From positions 34,148 through 98,147 of the forward strand of contig CAYMYO010000002.1 of assembly GCA_964394685.1 (NCBI GenBank): 64,000 bases of DNA, given 5' to 3'. This document shows, piece after piece, positions 20,478 to 30,569 of this stretch. The DNA is from an uncultured Gammaproteobacteria bacterium. GTDB lineage: Bacteria > Patescibacteriota > Microgenomatia > UBA10105 > UBA927. Each line of letters starts with the position of its first letter. Position 1 is the first letter of the stretch. The notes beneath the pieces are model-generated. The model saw only the letters and a program-made list of their open reading frames with translations, had not been told where the DNA came from and did no database searches. The position numbers were made by a program, and so were the translations under genes.

Positions 20478-21386
20478 ATGAAGCAAAAGGTCTTTTTCCT
20501 CATTATTCTTCTTGTTATTATTGCTCTTATTATCGGCATTGTCCGTATGTTTGTTGGAAAATCTCCAAAACAAGGAGACCTGCGGGTAGATAGCACACCA
20601 GTTGCGAGTGTATTTTTGGATAACAAGCATGTCGGGCGAACACCGCTCGGAGCAACCTCATACAAAGTGGATGCAGGGGAATATACGATTAAAATCGTAC
20701 CTGAGTCAGCAACAACGCAATATGCCAGTTGGCAAGGAAAAATTCGAATTACCCCCAATGTTCTAACGTATGTCAATGGAACACTTGCAGAATCTGAACT
20801 TGCATCAGCTATAGATGTATTATGGCTTGAGAAAGCAACAGGAGCTAAAGGAGAGCTGTCTGTCACTACAACTCCTGACAGCGCAACGGTGATGTTTGAT
20901 GATGAGATGAAAGGTATGACACCAATAAGTATTCCAGACATCGCTCCCGGCAGTCATACCATTACCATTGCCTCACAAGGGTTTGTTACGCGAACACTAA
21001 AAGTTCAAATAACAGCTGGATATCGGCTCATTACTGCAGTGAAACTTGCTCTTTCTTCAGGAGTATCTGCACCAGAAGCATCACCATCGCCTACATTAAA
21101 AATTAGTGGTAAGCCGACTCCTACCTCGCCGGCAGGCGGGCCTGCAACAAGCCTTGTTGATCCAGTTAAACCATACGCACTTATAAAAGATACCCCAACT
21201 GGGTATCTTAATGTCCGTTTGGAAGCAAATAAAACTGCTTCAAAAGCAGGTGAAGTAAAACCAGGTGAGAAATTTAGCTTTACCAAAACGGCAACAGATA
21301 GTGCGGGAACAATATGGTATCAGATAAAATATGATGGAACAAAACTGGGATGGATATCAGGACAATATGTCGATAAAATCGAATAA
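20478..21386 (+). CDS. PEGA-domain and SH3-domain membrane-anchored protein
   Basis: TM, two PEGA repeats (V-x-S/T-T-P...G-x-T-P) and SH3b-like YLNVR...WYQI...GWISGQY. Confidence 0.85.
   Translation: MKQKVFFLIILLVIIALIIGIVRMFVGKSPKQGDLRVDSTPVASVFLDNKHVGRTPLGATSYKVDAGEYTIKIVPESATTQYASWQGKIRITPNVLTYVNGTLAESELASAIDVLWLEKATGAKGELSVTTTPDSATVMFDDEMKGMTPISIPDIAPGSHTITIASQGFVTRTLKVQITAGYRLITAVKLALSSGVSAPEASPSPTLKISGKPTPTSPAGGPATSLVDPVKPYALIKDTPTGYLNVRLEANKTASKAGEVKPGEKFSFTKTATDSAGTIWYQIKYDGTKLGWISGQYVDKIE
21120..21140. repeat. Degenerate family B palindrome, in frame (PTSPAGG)
   Basis: CCTACCTCGCCGGCAGGCGGG, 21 nt. Confidence 0.75.
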
Positions 21387-21398
21387 GAAAGAGCTTCG

Positions 21399-22304
21399 TT
21401 ACCCTCCAATTCCATAGATAACAAAAAGAACTGACATTGTCCAAATAATAACAGTTGTTAAAAGGGGTATGTCGGTAGTTAACACTTGCTCCGGGGATTC
21501 TCCCTTTCCTTCATAAATAAGCTGCATATATCGCATAATTCCATAAAGAACAAAAGGAATGGTAATCATCATCCATTTACGATCAGCTAAGGCCCCTATA
21601 CTTAACGGTTTTTCTAAGAATGTGTAATATACATAGGTAATAAATGTTGAATTTGCAAACATTGCAGTATACGTATCTAAGAGCCGTTCAGAATAATGGG
21701 AAAGTGATTCTCTTGTGTCTTTTGGAAGCACCCCTTGATATCCCTGAAGGAGCGTAAGTTCTGCTCTTCGTTTTCCAACAGCTAAAAATAAAGCAAGAGA
21801 AAGCGCAGCAAGAGAAAGCCATATAGATATGTGATATCCCGTTGCCGCTTCTCCTGCATACACACGAATAAAATATGCTGTTGTTATCGCAAGAATATCA
21901 ATAACAGCAATGTGTTTGAGAAGAAGCGAATAGGTGTATTGTAGTGTAATAAAGACAATTGAAAGAATTAAAAACGGTTTACTGATGGATGATGCAATAG
22001 AGAGTCCAACCACAAAAAATGCGGCTGATGTAAGAAACGCAATTGGTACAGGTAAGGCACCGCTCGCGACAGGTCGAAATTTTTTAAATGGGTGTTTACG
22101 ATCTTTCGCCACGTCAAGAATATCATTAATAATATATCCTGAAGATGATAAGAAACAAAATGCAATAAATGCCCAGACTGTTGTTTGAAAAATAGCCGGA
22201 TGGAAAAATTCACCGGTAAAAAGAATCGTGGTAAAAACGGCTACATTTTTCAGCCATTGTCTTGGTCGTGCGGTTTTGAGAATTGCGAAAAGAAGTTTAC
22301 CCAT
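21399..22304 (-). CDS. UbiA family decaprenyl-phosphate phosphoribosyltransferase-like protein
   Basis: RPRQWLKN and YIINDILDVAKDRKHPFKKFRPVASG motifs; start placed at MGKLLF. Confidence 0.9.
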   Translation of the reverse strand: MGKLLFAILKTARPRQWLKNVAVFTTILFTGEFFHPAIFQTTVWAFIAFCFLSSSGYIINDILDVAKDRKHPFKKFRPVASGALPVPIAFLTSAAFFVVGLSIASSISKPFLILSIVFITLQYTYSLLLKHIAVIDILAITTAYFIRVYAGEAATGYHISIWLSLAALSLALFLAVGKRRAELTLLQGYQGVLPKDTRESLSHYSERLLDTYTAMFANSTFITYVYYTFLEKPLSIGALADRKWMMITIPFVLYGIMRYMQLIYEGKGESPEQVLTTDIPLLTTVIIWTMSVLFVIYGIGG

Positions 22305-23341
22305 AAGAGAAACCCTCCGATACCAACAGCAATTAAAATAAAGGTAAAAATTTTCTGTTGACTGGTAACAGTTAAGGCTACCCAGCCAAGTATAGCGGAC
22401 ACTCCCCAGTAAAACAAGGCGATTTTTCGTTTCCCCCAACCAGCTGCAAGAAGAACATGATGCAGGTGTTGGTTATCTGCCCATACAGGAGATTTCCCTT
22501 TGAGAATGCGCCTGAAGAGAATGAATACCGCGTCAATAGTAGGAATTCCAAGAACAAGGAGTGCAGTTCCAAGTTTTCCATATGAGAGTATTGCGAGGAG
22601 TCCCAAAAGAAATCCAGCGAGCGTTTTCCCACTATATCCGGGCATAATTTTTTGCGGATAAAAATTCCAAGGAATAAATCCCGCCCAGGCTCCTGAGACA
22701 ATAAATGCAAGTATGGTAATAGGAATTTGGGATGGATCGGCAAGACTATATCGAAGGGACAAGAGTCCAATCACCGCTGCGCTGATCGATACAAACCCCG
22801 GCATTTGTCCCTCCACTCCTGCTGACCAACCAACGATTGTTGTGGTCCACATAAGCCAAAGAAACGCAACAATGGCCGACCAAACAAGAATAGAATGGGA
22901 TCCAAAAAAATCAACGGAAATTCGCCATGTATCAAGACGAAGTATTGTTCCATTTGCAGGATTCGTGATATAGGGAACTCCCGCACCAGCAAGGATAACT
23001 ATACCAATTGCAAGAGCGTTAGTGAAAATCCGAATATATGGACTGATGTCCTTTTTGTCGTCAAGAAGTCCAACAACAGTAAATAGAACGCATGAGATAC
23101 CAATACCGATAAATAATTTGTTCCATGGAAGATACAACATAGACATAACTGAAATGACAAGAAATATAGCAAGTCCTCCTGCCCGAGGGATAACTCCCGT
23201 ATGGGTATGAGCAGGGTGCGGTCTTTTTTTTGGATCATCGACGAGCTGATACTGTTTTGCAAAGCGGATAACCCAAGGGGTAATACCAACCATGGCAATG
23301 ATGGACAGAAAAAACGGTACTCCAATTGTTGCTATCCACAT
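22250..23341 (-). CDS. WecA/TagO (MraY-like) polyprenyl-phosphate HexNAc-1-P transferase
   Basis: PRAGGLAI, GLLDDK, WNFYPQKI and HLHH motifs. Confidence 0.9.
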   Translation of the reverse strand: MWIATIGVPFFLSIIAMVGITPWVIRFAKQYQLVDDPKKRPHPAHTHTGVIPRAGGLAIFLVISVMSMLYLPWNKLFIGIGISCVLFTVVGLLDDKKDISPYIRIFTNALAIGIVILAGAGVPYITNPANGTILRLDTWRISVDFFGSHSILVWSAIVAFLWLMWTTTIVGWSAGVEGQMPGFVSISAAVIGLLSLRYSLADPSQIPITILAFIVSGAWAGFIPWNFYPQKIMPGYSGKTLAGFLLGLLAILSYGKLGTALLVLGIPTIDAVFILFRRILKGKSPVWADNQHLHHVLLAAGWGKRKIALFYWGVSAILGWVALTVTSQQKIFTFILIAVGIGGFLLWVNFFSQFSKPHDQDNG

Positions 23342-23347
23342 AACGAA

Positions 23348-23707
23348 CTATATGACGAGCGTAATAACTGTTGTAACTATGATGAAAGACATAATAGAGA
23401 TGATAAGAGTGACAACCGATAAAATTTGCGAGAATACTAAATGCTCTTTGAGAAGTCGTATAGAAATACCAATGGTAGTCAGCAGCCAGCATAGTGAAGA
23501 AAAAGGAGGAAGATACAATCCAAACACTGATGTTAACCGTTCAAGACCCCATGGTCTTGAAAACCATAATGGGACAAGAGGAGGTAATGCTTTCCAAAAA
23601 AAGAGAGGAACGCAAATGGTAAGAATACAGAGAATAAAGCTGCTATATGTTGTGACACGAATAATACGATTTTGGAGATAGGTATGTAATTCAGAGTGGT
23701 AATCCAT
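23348..23707 (-). CDS. Small membrane protein (DUF1648-like)
   Basis: LPPLVPLWFSRPWG motif and three TM helices. Confidence 0.65.
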   Translation of the reverse strand: MDYHSELHTYLQNRIIRVTTYSSFILCILTICVPLFFWKALPPLVPLWFSRPWGLERLTSVFGLYLPPFSSLCWLLTTIGISIRLLKEHLVFSQILSVVTLIISIMSFIIVTTVITLVI

Positions 23708-25004
23708 ATACTACTGTAAACGATCGATCTCCCTTAAGTATAAACGCTCGTTTTGGATATGGGGGAGGTTGTGTGACAATATGTTCTGGTTTTACAATTC
23801 CATCTCCTATATACCAAGGAAAGTGACCACCAGCAGGCATATACAAAAACACTTTATTTCTGTCTTTTGCGTAGTACATCGTTTCAAATAAATGAAGGGG
23901 ATTATCCGCATAAATAACATCGCCAGCAGCAGTCAGTGCGTTAATTTCGCGCATGGTTGTGCGATAATCAGTTTTCAGATGTTTATCCGGAAACCAGGTA
24001 TTAAACCACAATGAAAACCCTAAAAGACTAAGTGCAAGAAGGATTCTGAGAACTTTTGGTCGGAATGCTTGGATGGCAAACCCCAGTAAAAATACCTCCA
24101 TCATGGTAACCGGAATAAGGTAACGGATGACAAAAATTGGTTTAATAAATGATACGCCGATAATGACAACAAGCGGTACCAGAACCATTAAAACGAAAAA
24201 CGATACAAGTCGTCGGGATTTTTTGGGAATGAGAGCGATAAAAAATAATATGACTAATACAATTGATATTCCGGCTGTCCATGACCATCCATTTCCCGGT
24301 GTCCCTTCGTACCCAACATACATATTGCCGAGCACAGATTTAATAAGATGCATATCTACAGGAAAGTACCAGCTTTCTTTTAATTGGGAAGTTACTAAAG
24401 CAACACGTATAAGCCAAGGGGTAACGCACAGAATAATAATGGCAGTAGTTTTGAGATATGCGTTATGTAGCCATTCACGAGGAGAAACAAGTAATTTTAT
24501 ATTTGTTCCAATATAATGAAGTGTACAGACAAAAGGAACTAAAATCATATAGAGGTGTGTATAAAAACCAACAATAGCTGCAAAGCAAAATAGTTTCCAA
24601 TTGCCTTTGATATAGCTATATATAGTAAGCATGGCAAAAAACATATACCAGCCATATGCACGAACCTCAATGCCGTAATACAGAAGCATGGGATTAATAA
24701 AGAAAAGTAGTGGGATAAACCAAGAAAGCCAATGTTTTTTAAATACGTGTTCAGCAAGGTATATGGAAACGACTGTGGCAAGAGAAAATCCGACAAATGA
24801 AAGAGCGCGTACAGCAATCTCACTTTGTCCAAATATCCTCATCCATATATGGAGGATAAGATAATACAATGGAGGATCAAACGAAGATTTAGCTATTATT
24901 GCTGCAAACGATTGAGATGCGTAAAGAACGGAGAATGCTTCGTCTCTCCATAATGGTTGTGTGAGATACAAAAGAGGTGAGTGAGTAAATAAATAAGTTA
25001 GCAT
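23691..25004 (-). CDS. GT-C fold glycosyltransferase (GT39/ArnT-like)
   Basis: LWRDEAFS, PPLYY and EVRAY motifs; polytopic. Confidence 0.85.
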   Translation of the reverse strand: MLTYLFTHSPLLYLTQPLWRDEAFSVLYASQSFAAIIAKSSFDPPLYYLILHIWMRIFGQSEIAVRALSFVGFSLATVVSIYLAEHVFKKHWLSWFIPLLFFINPMLLYYGIEVRAYGWYMFFAMLTIYSYIKGNWKLFCFAAIVGFYTHLYMILVPFVCTLHYIGTNIKLLVSPREWLHNAYLKTTAIIILCVTPWLIRVALVTSQLKESWYFPVDMHLIKSVLGNMYVGYEGTPGNGWSWTAGISIVLVILFFIALIPKKSRRLVSFFVLMVLVPLVVIIGVSFIKPIFVIRYLIPVTMMEVFLLGFAIQAFRPKVLRILLALSLLGFSLWFNTWFPDKHLKTDYRTTMREINALTAAGDVIYADNPLHLFETMYYAKDRNKVFLYMPAGGHFPWYIGDGIVKPEHIVTQPPPYPKRAFILKGDRSFTVVYGLPL

Positions 25005-25013
25005 TACTTCTTA

Positions 25014-26492
25014 TTATACCTTTTCTGTCACGCGATATTCCAGCCGTTTCCCGAGCATGAGTCTGGTGTGGGCGTCAAGTCCGGGAAGAGCGGATAAAAA
25101 GAAAGATATGATCGGAAGCGTAAACCATTGCAAATAGAGAAACGGAAGCTTCCAAGCGGCGAACTCTTTAGGCTTCGGTGGCTTTATGCGCCAATCGATG
25201 ATAAATACAACAAGAAGAAAGATTGTCGACAAGGTAAGAATGCTTGAGGAGATGCGAGCAAGATTATGTCCAAGTACAGTCTTTGCAAATTCAGGATTGA
25301 TCATAGGCGGGATGGTGCTGCCAATAGTAAGGAGAAACCAATTTGCCGGCCAGAATATATGATGTTCTAATATCATAACTACCCGTCGTATTCGATCCCA
25401 GATAGGAATTTCTCCGTGGAGAAAGGCATTGCGAATGACATAAGGAATATCCGATACTCCCCATGCCCATCTCTTTGATTGTTCATATTGATTAATCATT
25501 GTTTTGAAAAATCCATGGCTTTCCGCCGCATCAACAAGGATCGGAAGAAAAATGCCTTTTGTTCGTACACGGCTTCCTTTTTCAAAATAGACTTTGAAAA
25601 AGAGATGATAATCTTCTGGAATAACATCGATACTCCAGTATCCAACATCAATAACAGTTTTGAGAGACAAAGAATATGTTGAGAAATTTATAAAACGGTC
25701 AGACTGAGATAGAATTGCGAGATTCCAGATGCTATTGATTGTGTTAAAAAGTTTATTAGGAAGCGGAATTCTCCAAATATTGGAATAAAAGAGTATTGCT
25801 CCCTGATAAATATGATAGTGCCTTTCTGTATCACGTAAAAATGAATCTGAGAGATAAGAAAAATACTTTGGGTGAAGAAGCGCATCGGCATCACAAGAGG
25901 TAACTGTGGTGGTTGATGGATGAATCTTTGATCCGTGGATCCGCATAAATTCTTTTGCTGCGTATGCCATGTTTGACGATTTTCCCGAGACTTCTCCAGT
26001 CACGAGTGTGTGACGTGTTACGACAAATAAACCAAAGTGATGTTCATACTCTTTTTTGAGGATGTCGCTTACTTCCTTTTCCCGATCGTCTTTTGCTTCG
26101 GTTGCAAGGACAACGACGATTTGTTTTTTTGGAAAGTCCTGCAATACTAGATTATCAAGTGTTCGACGTAAAATATGAAGTGGTTCTTTATACTCAGGAA
26201 TAATGATGACATGTCTGATTTTTTTGAACCCTTTGAGTTGTTTAATCTTGTTCAACCAGTCAACTTTGATGTGTGCTTGCATCATAAGGTATGACCGTAT
26301 AGCTGAATATCCGAGAGTGAACGACTTGTAGAACCAATACACATCAAAGGTGATTATGATATACGCAACAAATGCAGGATGCCAAAAGGATAACCAGAGA
26401 GGCATGGTGATAAGAAACCATGAAGTAAGTGGAATTGCTATTTCCAAAATTCGTCTTGTTCTATTTGGGTACAGAAGGAATATTCGGCGCAT
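25014..26492 (-). CDS. Membrane GT2 glycosyltransferase
   Basis: IIIPEYKE, CDAD, PED and QSKRW motifs. Confidence 0.88.
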   Translation of the reverse strand: MRRIFLLYPNRTRRILEIAIPLTSWFLITMPLWLSFWHPAFVAYIIITFDVYWFYKSFTLGYSAIRSYLMMQAHIKVDWLNKIKQLKGFKKIRHVIIIPEYKEPLHILRRTLDNLVLQDFPKKQIVVVLATEAKDDREKEVSDILKKEYEHHFGLFVVTRHTLVTGEVSGKSSNMAYAAKEFMRIHGSKIHPSTTTVTSCDADALLHPKYFSYLSDSFLRDTERHYHIYQGAILFYSNIWRIPLPNKLFNTINSIWNLAILSQSDRFINFSTYSLSLKTVIDVGYWSIDVIPEDYHLFFKVYFEKGSRVRTKGIFLPILVDAAESHGFFKTMINQYEQSKRWAWGVSDIPYVIRNAFLHGEIPIWDRIRRVVMILEHHIFWPANWFLLTIGSTIPPMINPEFAKTVLGHNLARISSSILTLSTIFLLVVFIIDWRIKPPKPKEFAAWKLPFLYLQWFTLPIISFFLSALPGLDAHTRLMLGKRLEYRVTEKV

Positions 26493-26523
26493 AATGACAA
26501 CCTGTATTGTATCACGAGTACCG

Positions 26524-27228
26524 TTATTTGCGTACAGCAGGAAATCCGATGGTGTCAGCCTTTCGGAAGAGAAAATAGAGGAAAAAGACTTTGAAAACTC
26601 TCAGAAGCAGTCCTTTTTCAAAACCACGCCGGCCTGATGCAGCGACATACTCTTTTTGCGTAAAAAAAATTTTTCCTTTTGTCATCATACGCCGTGCTAT
26701 TTCAATATCTTCAGCCATTTTAAATTCCGGCGGAAATCCGCCTGCTTCAAGTGCTAGTGTTCGGTAAAATGCCATATTTTGACCTGTTGCCATTGGCATA
26801 CGAAAAAGCGCAAAAAGAAACACATTCCATATAGGTTGGATTTTATTGATAAAAAATTTGTATGCCCATGGACCATCAAACACCTGATACCCGCCAAAAT
26901 ACCCAACAATTCCGGGGGTAGTCAATGCGCGTTCTATGCGGTTCAGCCAATTATGAGGAAGGAGAGCATCTGCGTCAGTAAAAGCCACAATATCGCCAGT
27001 TGCCTTCTCAAGACCTTTTTGTCGGGAAAAACCAATAGTGGATTTGGCAACAGTAATAACAATTGCGCCAGTTTTTTCAGCTACCTGGGCTGTTTTATCA
27101 GTCGATGACGCATTGACTACAATAATTTCATCCGGTTTTCGATCTAGTTTAGATAAAGAAGCAAGAGTTTTAGGGAGAAGTTCCTCTTCATTGTATGCTG
27201 GGATTACGACAGAAATGGTCATATTCAT
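26524..27228 (-). CDS. GT2 glycosyltransferase
   Basis: SVVIPAYNEE, FTDAD and AED motifs. Confidence 0.92.
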   Translation of the reverse strand: MNMTISVVIPAYNEEELLPKTLASLSKLDRKPDEIIVVNASSTDKTAQVAEKTGAIVITVAKSTIGFSRQKGLEKATGDIVAFTDADALLPHNWLNRIERALTTPGIVGYFGGYQVFDGPWAYKFFINKIQPIWNVFLFALFRMPMATGQNMAFYRTLALEAGGFPPEFKMAEDIEIARRMMTKGKIFFTQKEYVAASGRRGFEKGLLLRVFKVFFLYFLFRKADTIGFPAVRK

Positions 27229-27236
27229 ATTTCCTA

Positions 27237-28007
27237 TTATATCTTAAACAATGTTTGAGTGTTTTTTGTTGTTTGTTCTTCCACTTGTTTGACAGAAATA
27301 TTTTGTAGTTCTGCGATTGTTTTTGTAATAAGCGGGATATATTTCGGTTCATTGCGCTGTCCGCGATGTCCAGCAGGGGGTAAAAGCGGCGCATCGGTTT
27401 CCAGAAGAATCATAGAAAGAGGAATGGATGGAATGACGAGTTTGAGCTGTTTGGAATATGTTGCATTTCCGTCAAGACCTAAGAACAATCCTCGTTTTTC
27501 AATTTCCCTGACATCTGCAAGGCCTCCGGAAAAACAATGAAATACACCCTTCGGTATCGTTGGCAAGCTGTCAAGAACGTCAAATGCATCCGCGAAAGCG
27601 TCCCGGCAATGAATAATAACCGGCAGGTTATATTTGAGAGCCAGCAGTAGTTGTGCTTCAAACAATTGTTTTTGTTCTGTCTTTCTGCCAACAGCAGGAA
27701 AGTCTTCATATACATGATAATCCAGTCCGCACTCGCCGATGGCAACAATATTATTATGTGTAATTATTAATCGTTCTAAATCATGAGTATCTGGATTTCT
27801 TGTTATCTCATATGGATGAATTCCAACTGCCGGAAATACTACGTTTGGATATTGTTTTGAAAGTTCGATTGCCTGTTTTGATGTAACAACGCTATTTCCG
27901 GGATTAATAAACTTTTTTACTCCTACTTTTTTAGCATTGCCGATAACCATGGCACGGTCTTCGTCAAATTCTTTGAAGTTCAAATGACAGTGGGTATCGA
28001 TGTACAT
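27237..28007 (-). CDS. tatD: TatD family nuclease
   Basis: DTHCHL, AIGECGLDY and LETDAP motifs. Confidence 0.95.
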   Translation of the reverse strand: MYIDTHCHLNFKEFDEDRAMVIGNAKKVGVKKFINPGNSVVTSKQAIELSKQYPNVVFPAVGIHPYEITRNPDTHDLERLIITHNNIVAIGECGLDYHVYEDFPAVGRKTEQKQLFEAQLLLALKYNLPVIIHCRDAFADAFDVLDSLPTIPKGVFHCFSGGLADVREIEKRGLFLGLDGNATYSKQLKLVIPSIPLSMILLETDAPLLPPAGHRGQRNEPKYIPLITKTIAELQNISVKQVEEQTTKNTQTLFKI

Positions 28008-28018
28008 ACTTTTTTCCT

Positions 28019-28087
28019 TGTCATGCTGAATTTATTTCAGCATCTATTTAAAAACTAACGGGATCCCGAAACGAGTTCGGGATGACA
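28019..28087. repeat. Family A 69-bp element
   Basis: TGTCATGCTGAA...TTCGGGATGACA between metG and tatD. Confidence 0.92.
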
Positions 28088-28089
28088 AT

Positions 28090-29517
28090 TTATGCAATCC
28101 TCGGGAACAACGGCGGTTGAGATGTAACCGTTGGTCCTTTAAATTGTTTCAATATCTTTTCGGCAGTTTCCGGAAGAAATGGTTGTAATGCGTCGACAAT
28201 CATTTGAATGTCATCAACCAATCCTTTAAGAATTGTAATTAATTCTTTTCCCTGTTTTTCCCATGGTTTTGTATCGTTAATTTGTTTATCAACTCTTTTT
28301 AGATGAGCCCAAATATATTCTAGTGCTTGGTCAAATAGGAAGTTGTCCAAGTATTTTTTGGTATTGCCAGAGTGACTTTTGTAAAAATTAGGTTGATAAA
28401 CAGGAATTGTTAGTTTTGCCGATTCGCATAATTTAGCAACGCGCGAAACTAAATTTCCAAGACCATTGGCGAGGTCTGCATTATAAAGTTCTTTAAATCT
28501 GCGTTCGGAAAAATCACCATCATCATATGCCGGTATTTCCCGAAGGAGATAATACCGCAGAGCATCGGTTCCATATTTTTTTACAAGTTCATATGGATCA
28601 ATAACATTGCCAAGACTTTTACTTATTTTTTGTCCGTCAACCGAGATAAATCCGTGAATAAATATTTGTTTTGATGGCGGGAGTCCGGCTGAAAAAAGCA
28701 TTGATTGCCAGATAGCTGATTGTTGCCGCAGATTATCTTTGCCGGCAAATTGTACAACTGGCCACCATGATTCAAATGTTTTTACATCATTTGGCCAACC
28801 GATTGCAGAAATATAATTAATAAGCGCATCGAACCACACATACATGACATGATCTGGATCATCTGGTACGTCGATTCCCCATGGCATCTTACTTTTTAAT
28901 CGGGAAATACTGAAATCCTGAAGTCCTTTCCCAACAAATTCCGTTATTTCTTTTTGCCTATATGCTGGAATGACAAATTGTGGATTATTTTTATAAAGTT
29001 TTAATAATTTATCTTGATAGTTGGAAAATTTAAAGAAATAATTTTCTTCTTCAATGATTTCTAAATCCCGATTGGGATGAAGTGGACATCGCCCGTCAAC
29101 CAGCTCTGAATCCGTTTTTTCCAGTTCACATCCGACACAATATTTTGTTTTATAGTTTTTTTTGTATATGTCTCCGTTTTTATTGCATTTTTTCCAAAAT
29201 TTTTGAGCAGCATCTACGTGTTTAGGATCAGTAGTTCGAATAAAACTATTGTAACTAAGATTAAATGCTTGTTTGAGATCATCAAATTTTGCTGCATATT
29301 CATCACAATATGCTTTCGGATCTTTTTTAACCTCAATTGCTTTATCGTATATTTTTTTCCCATGTTCATCTGTACCAAAGTTAAAAAACACTGCATCACC
29401 AAGTAACCTGTGATAGCGTGCAATGACATCTGCCTGCACGATTTCCAATGCAAATCCGATATGCGGTGCAGCATTAACATACGGCAGAGTAGTGGTGAGA
29501 TAGAATTTTTTCTTCAT
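28090..29517 (-). CDS. metG: Methionyl-tRNA synthetase (short form)
   Basis: PYVNAAPHIGF, GTDEHG, YVWFDAL and KISKS motifs. Confidence 0.97.
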   Translation of the reverse strand: MKKKFYLTTTLPYVNAAPHIGFALEIVQADVIARYHRLLGDAVFFNFGTDEHGKKIYDKAIEVKKDPKAYCDEYAAKFDDLKQAFNLSYNSFIRTTDPKHVDAAQKFWKKCNKNGDIYKKNYKTKYCVGCELEKTDSELVDGRCPLHPNRDLEIIEEENYFFKFSNYQDKLLKLYKNNPQFVIPAYRQKEITEFVGKGLQDFSISRLKSKMPWGIDVPDDPDHVMYVWFDALINYISAIGWPNDVKTFESWWPVVQFAGKDNLRQQSAIWQSMLFSAGLPPSKQIFIHGFISVDGQKISKSLGNVIDPYELVKKYGTDALRYYLLREIPAYDDGDFSERRFKELYNADLANGLGNLVSRVAKLCESAKLTIPVYQPNFYKSHSGNTKKYLDNFLFDQALEYIWAHLKRVDKQINDTKPWEKQGKELITILKGLVDDIQMIVDALQPFLPETAEKILKQFKGPTVTSQPPLFPRIA

Positions 29518-29557
29518 GGTTTAGTCCAATTGTACCACGATGAGGCTTTCTATTTTA

Positions 29558-29830
29558 TCAGGAAACAGAAACAGTAAGAGGGGTCTTGACGGCATGCGAA
29601 AGACGCTCGATAAAAGAAAGCGTGGGATTGGTATTGCCCGATTCGAATCGCGCGATCGCCGACTGCTTTGTCCCCATTTTTACTGCAAGAGTTTTTTGAC
29701 TCATGTTCTTTTTGATCCTCGCGTCTAAAACTTGCCGAATGAGCGCATATCGCGGTTCCAGTCGGTCGTATTCTGCTTTTATCTTTTTATTCTTCAGCGC
29801 TTCTCGTTTGAAATCTTCAACATTTTTCAT
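29558..29830 (-). CDS. XRE-HTH antitoxin (HigA-like)
   Basis: SQKTLAVKMGTKQSAIARFESG HTH; lies downstream of the toxin. Confidence 0.88.
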   Translation of the reverse strand: MKNVEDFKREALKNKKIKAEYDRLEPRYALIRQVLDARIKKNMSQKTLAVKMGTKQSAIARFESGNTNPTLSFIERLSHAVKTPLTVSVS

Positions 29831-29852
29831 ATACAGAAGTATAACATAAAAG

Positions 29853-30179
29853 TTATATTTCTGTCAATCGCCGTTGAGCAATGCGCAGTTCTTTTATTGG
29901 TGTTTTTTGTGTCTTTTTCTTGAATGCATGAAGAAGGATATGCTCGCCGTGGAGATGAGTGTAGAAAATTCGAACTTCGGTTTTTCCCCGAATACGAAGT
30001 TCAAAAATATTCTTGGTAATAAATTTTGTGTGGGGGAATGTGAGCCGTGGTCCGTATGCGCGCAGAAGGTCGTACAGATGCAGAAATTTTGCTTTTGTTT
30101 GATCGTCTAAGTTGCTAATAAATTCCTCCACCGGCTTTTCTCCGCGAGCACTCTCGAAGAATCTTACCGTATAAGACAT
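29853..30179 (-). CDS. RelE/ParE family toxin (HigB/Gp49-like)
   Basis: PVEEFI, IFELRI and LLHAFKKKTQKTP motifs. Confidence 0.9.
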   Translation of the reverse strand: MSYTVRFFESARGEKPVEEFISNLDDQTKAKFLHLYDLLRAYGPRLTFPHTKFITKNIFELRIRGKTEVRIFYTHLHGEHILLHAFKKKTQKTPIKELRIAQRRLTEI

Positions 30180-30226
30180 ACACACGTAGTATAACAAAGC
30201 GGGAGATCATTATTAATTTCCAAAGT

Positions 30227-30547
30227 CTATTTAGATGTTTGCGTGTATTGCCGTATAGATACCAATACCGCAATAAGAAGTATCAAATAGAGTGGGTGGC
30301 GGAGGTTGAGGGAGCGAAGGAGAAAATAGACAATACTTCCGATGGAAATGAGCAGTGCTTCTTTTTTTGAAGCAAAAATAAACATACCTATGCAGAACAT
30401 GATTATTCCAAGAATTGCATAAAAAATACATTGCATCCAGAGATTATCAGGAGTTAAACTATTGATAAACCACGCAAGACCGCATAATCCGACGATAGAA
30501 AAGATAAGATAATTAATATTCCTTTCTTTATGAAAAAACCGCTTCAT
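30227..30547 (-). CDS. Small hypothetical membrane protein
   Basis: Four hydrophobic segments. Confidence 0.6.
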   Translation of the reverse strand: MKRFFHKERNINYLIFSIVGLCGLAWFINSLTPDNLWMQCIFYAILGIIMFCIGMFIFASKKEALLISIGSIVYFLLRSLNLRHPLYLILLIAVLVSIRQYTQTSK

Positions 30548-30569
30548 GGTAGTATTGTACTACGAATCT

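Noticed and set aside
29558-30179. Toxin-antitoxin pair as a novel system
   Set aside because: It has ordinary HigBA-type organisation.
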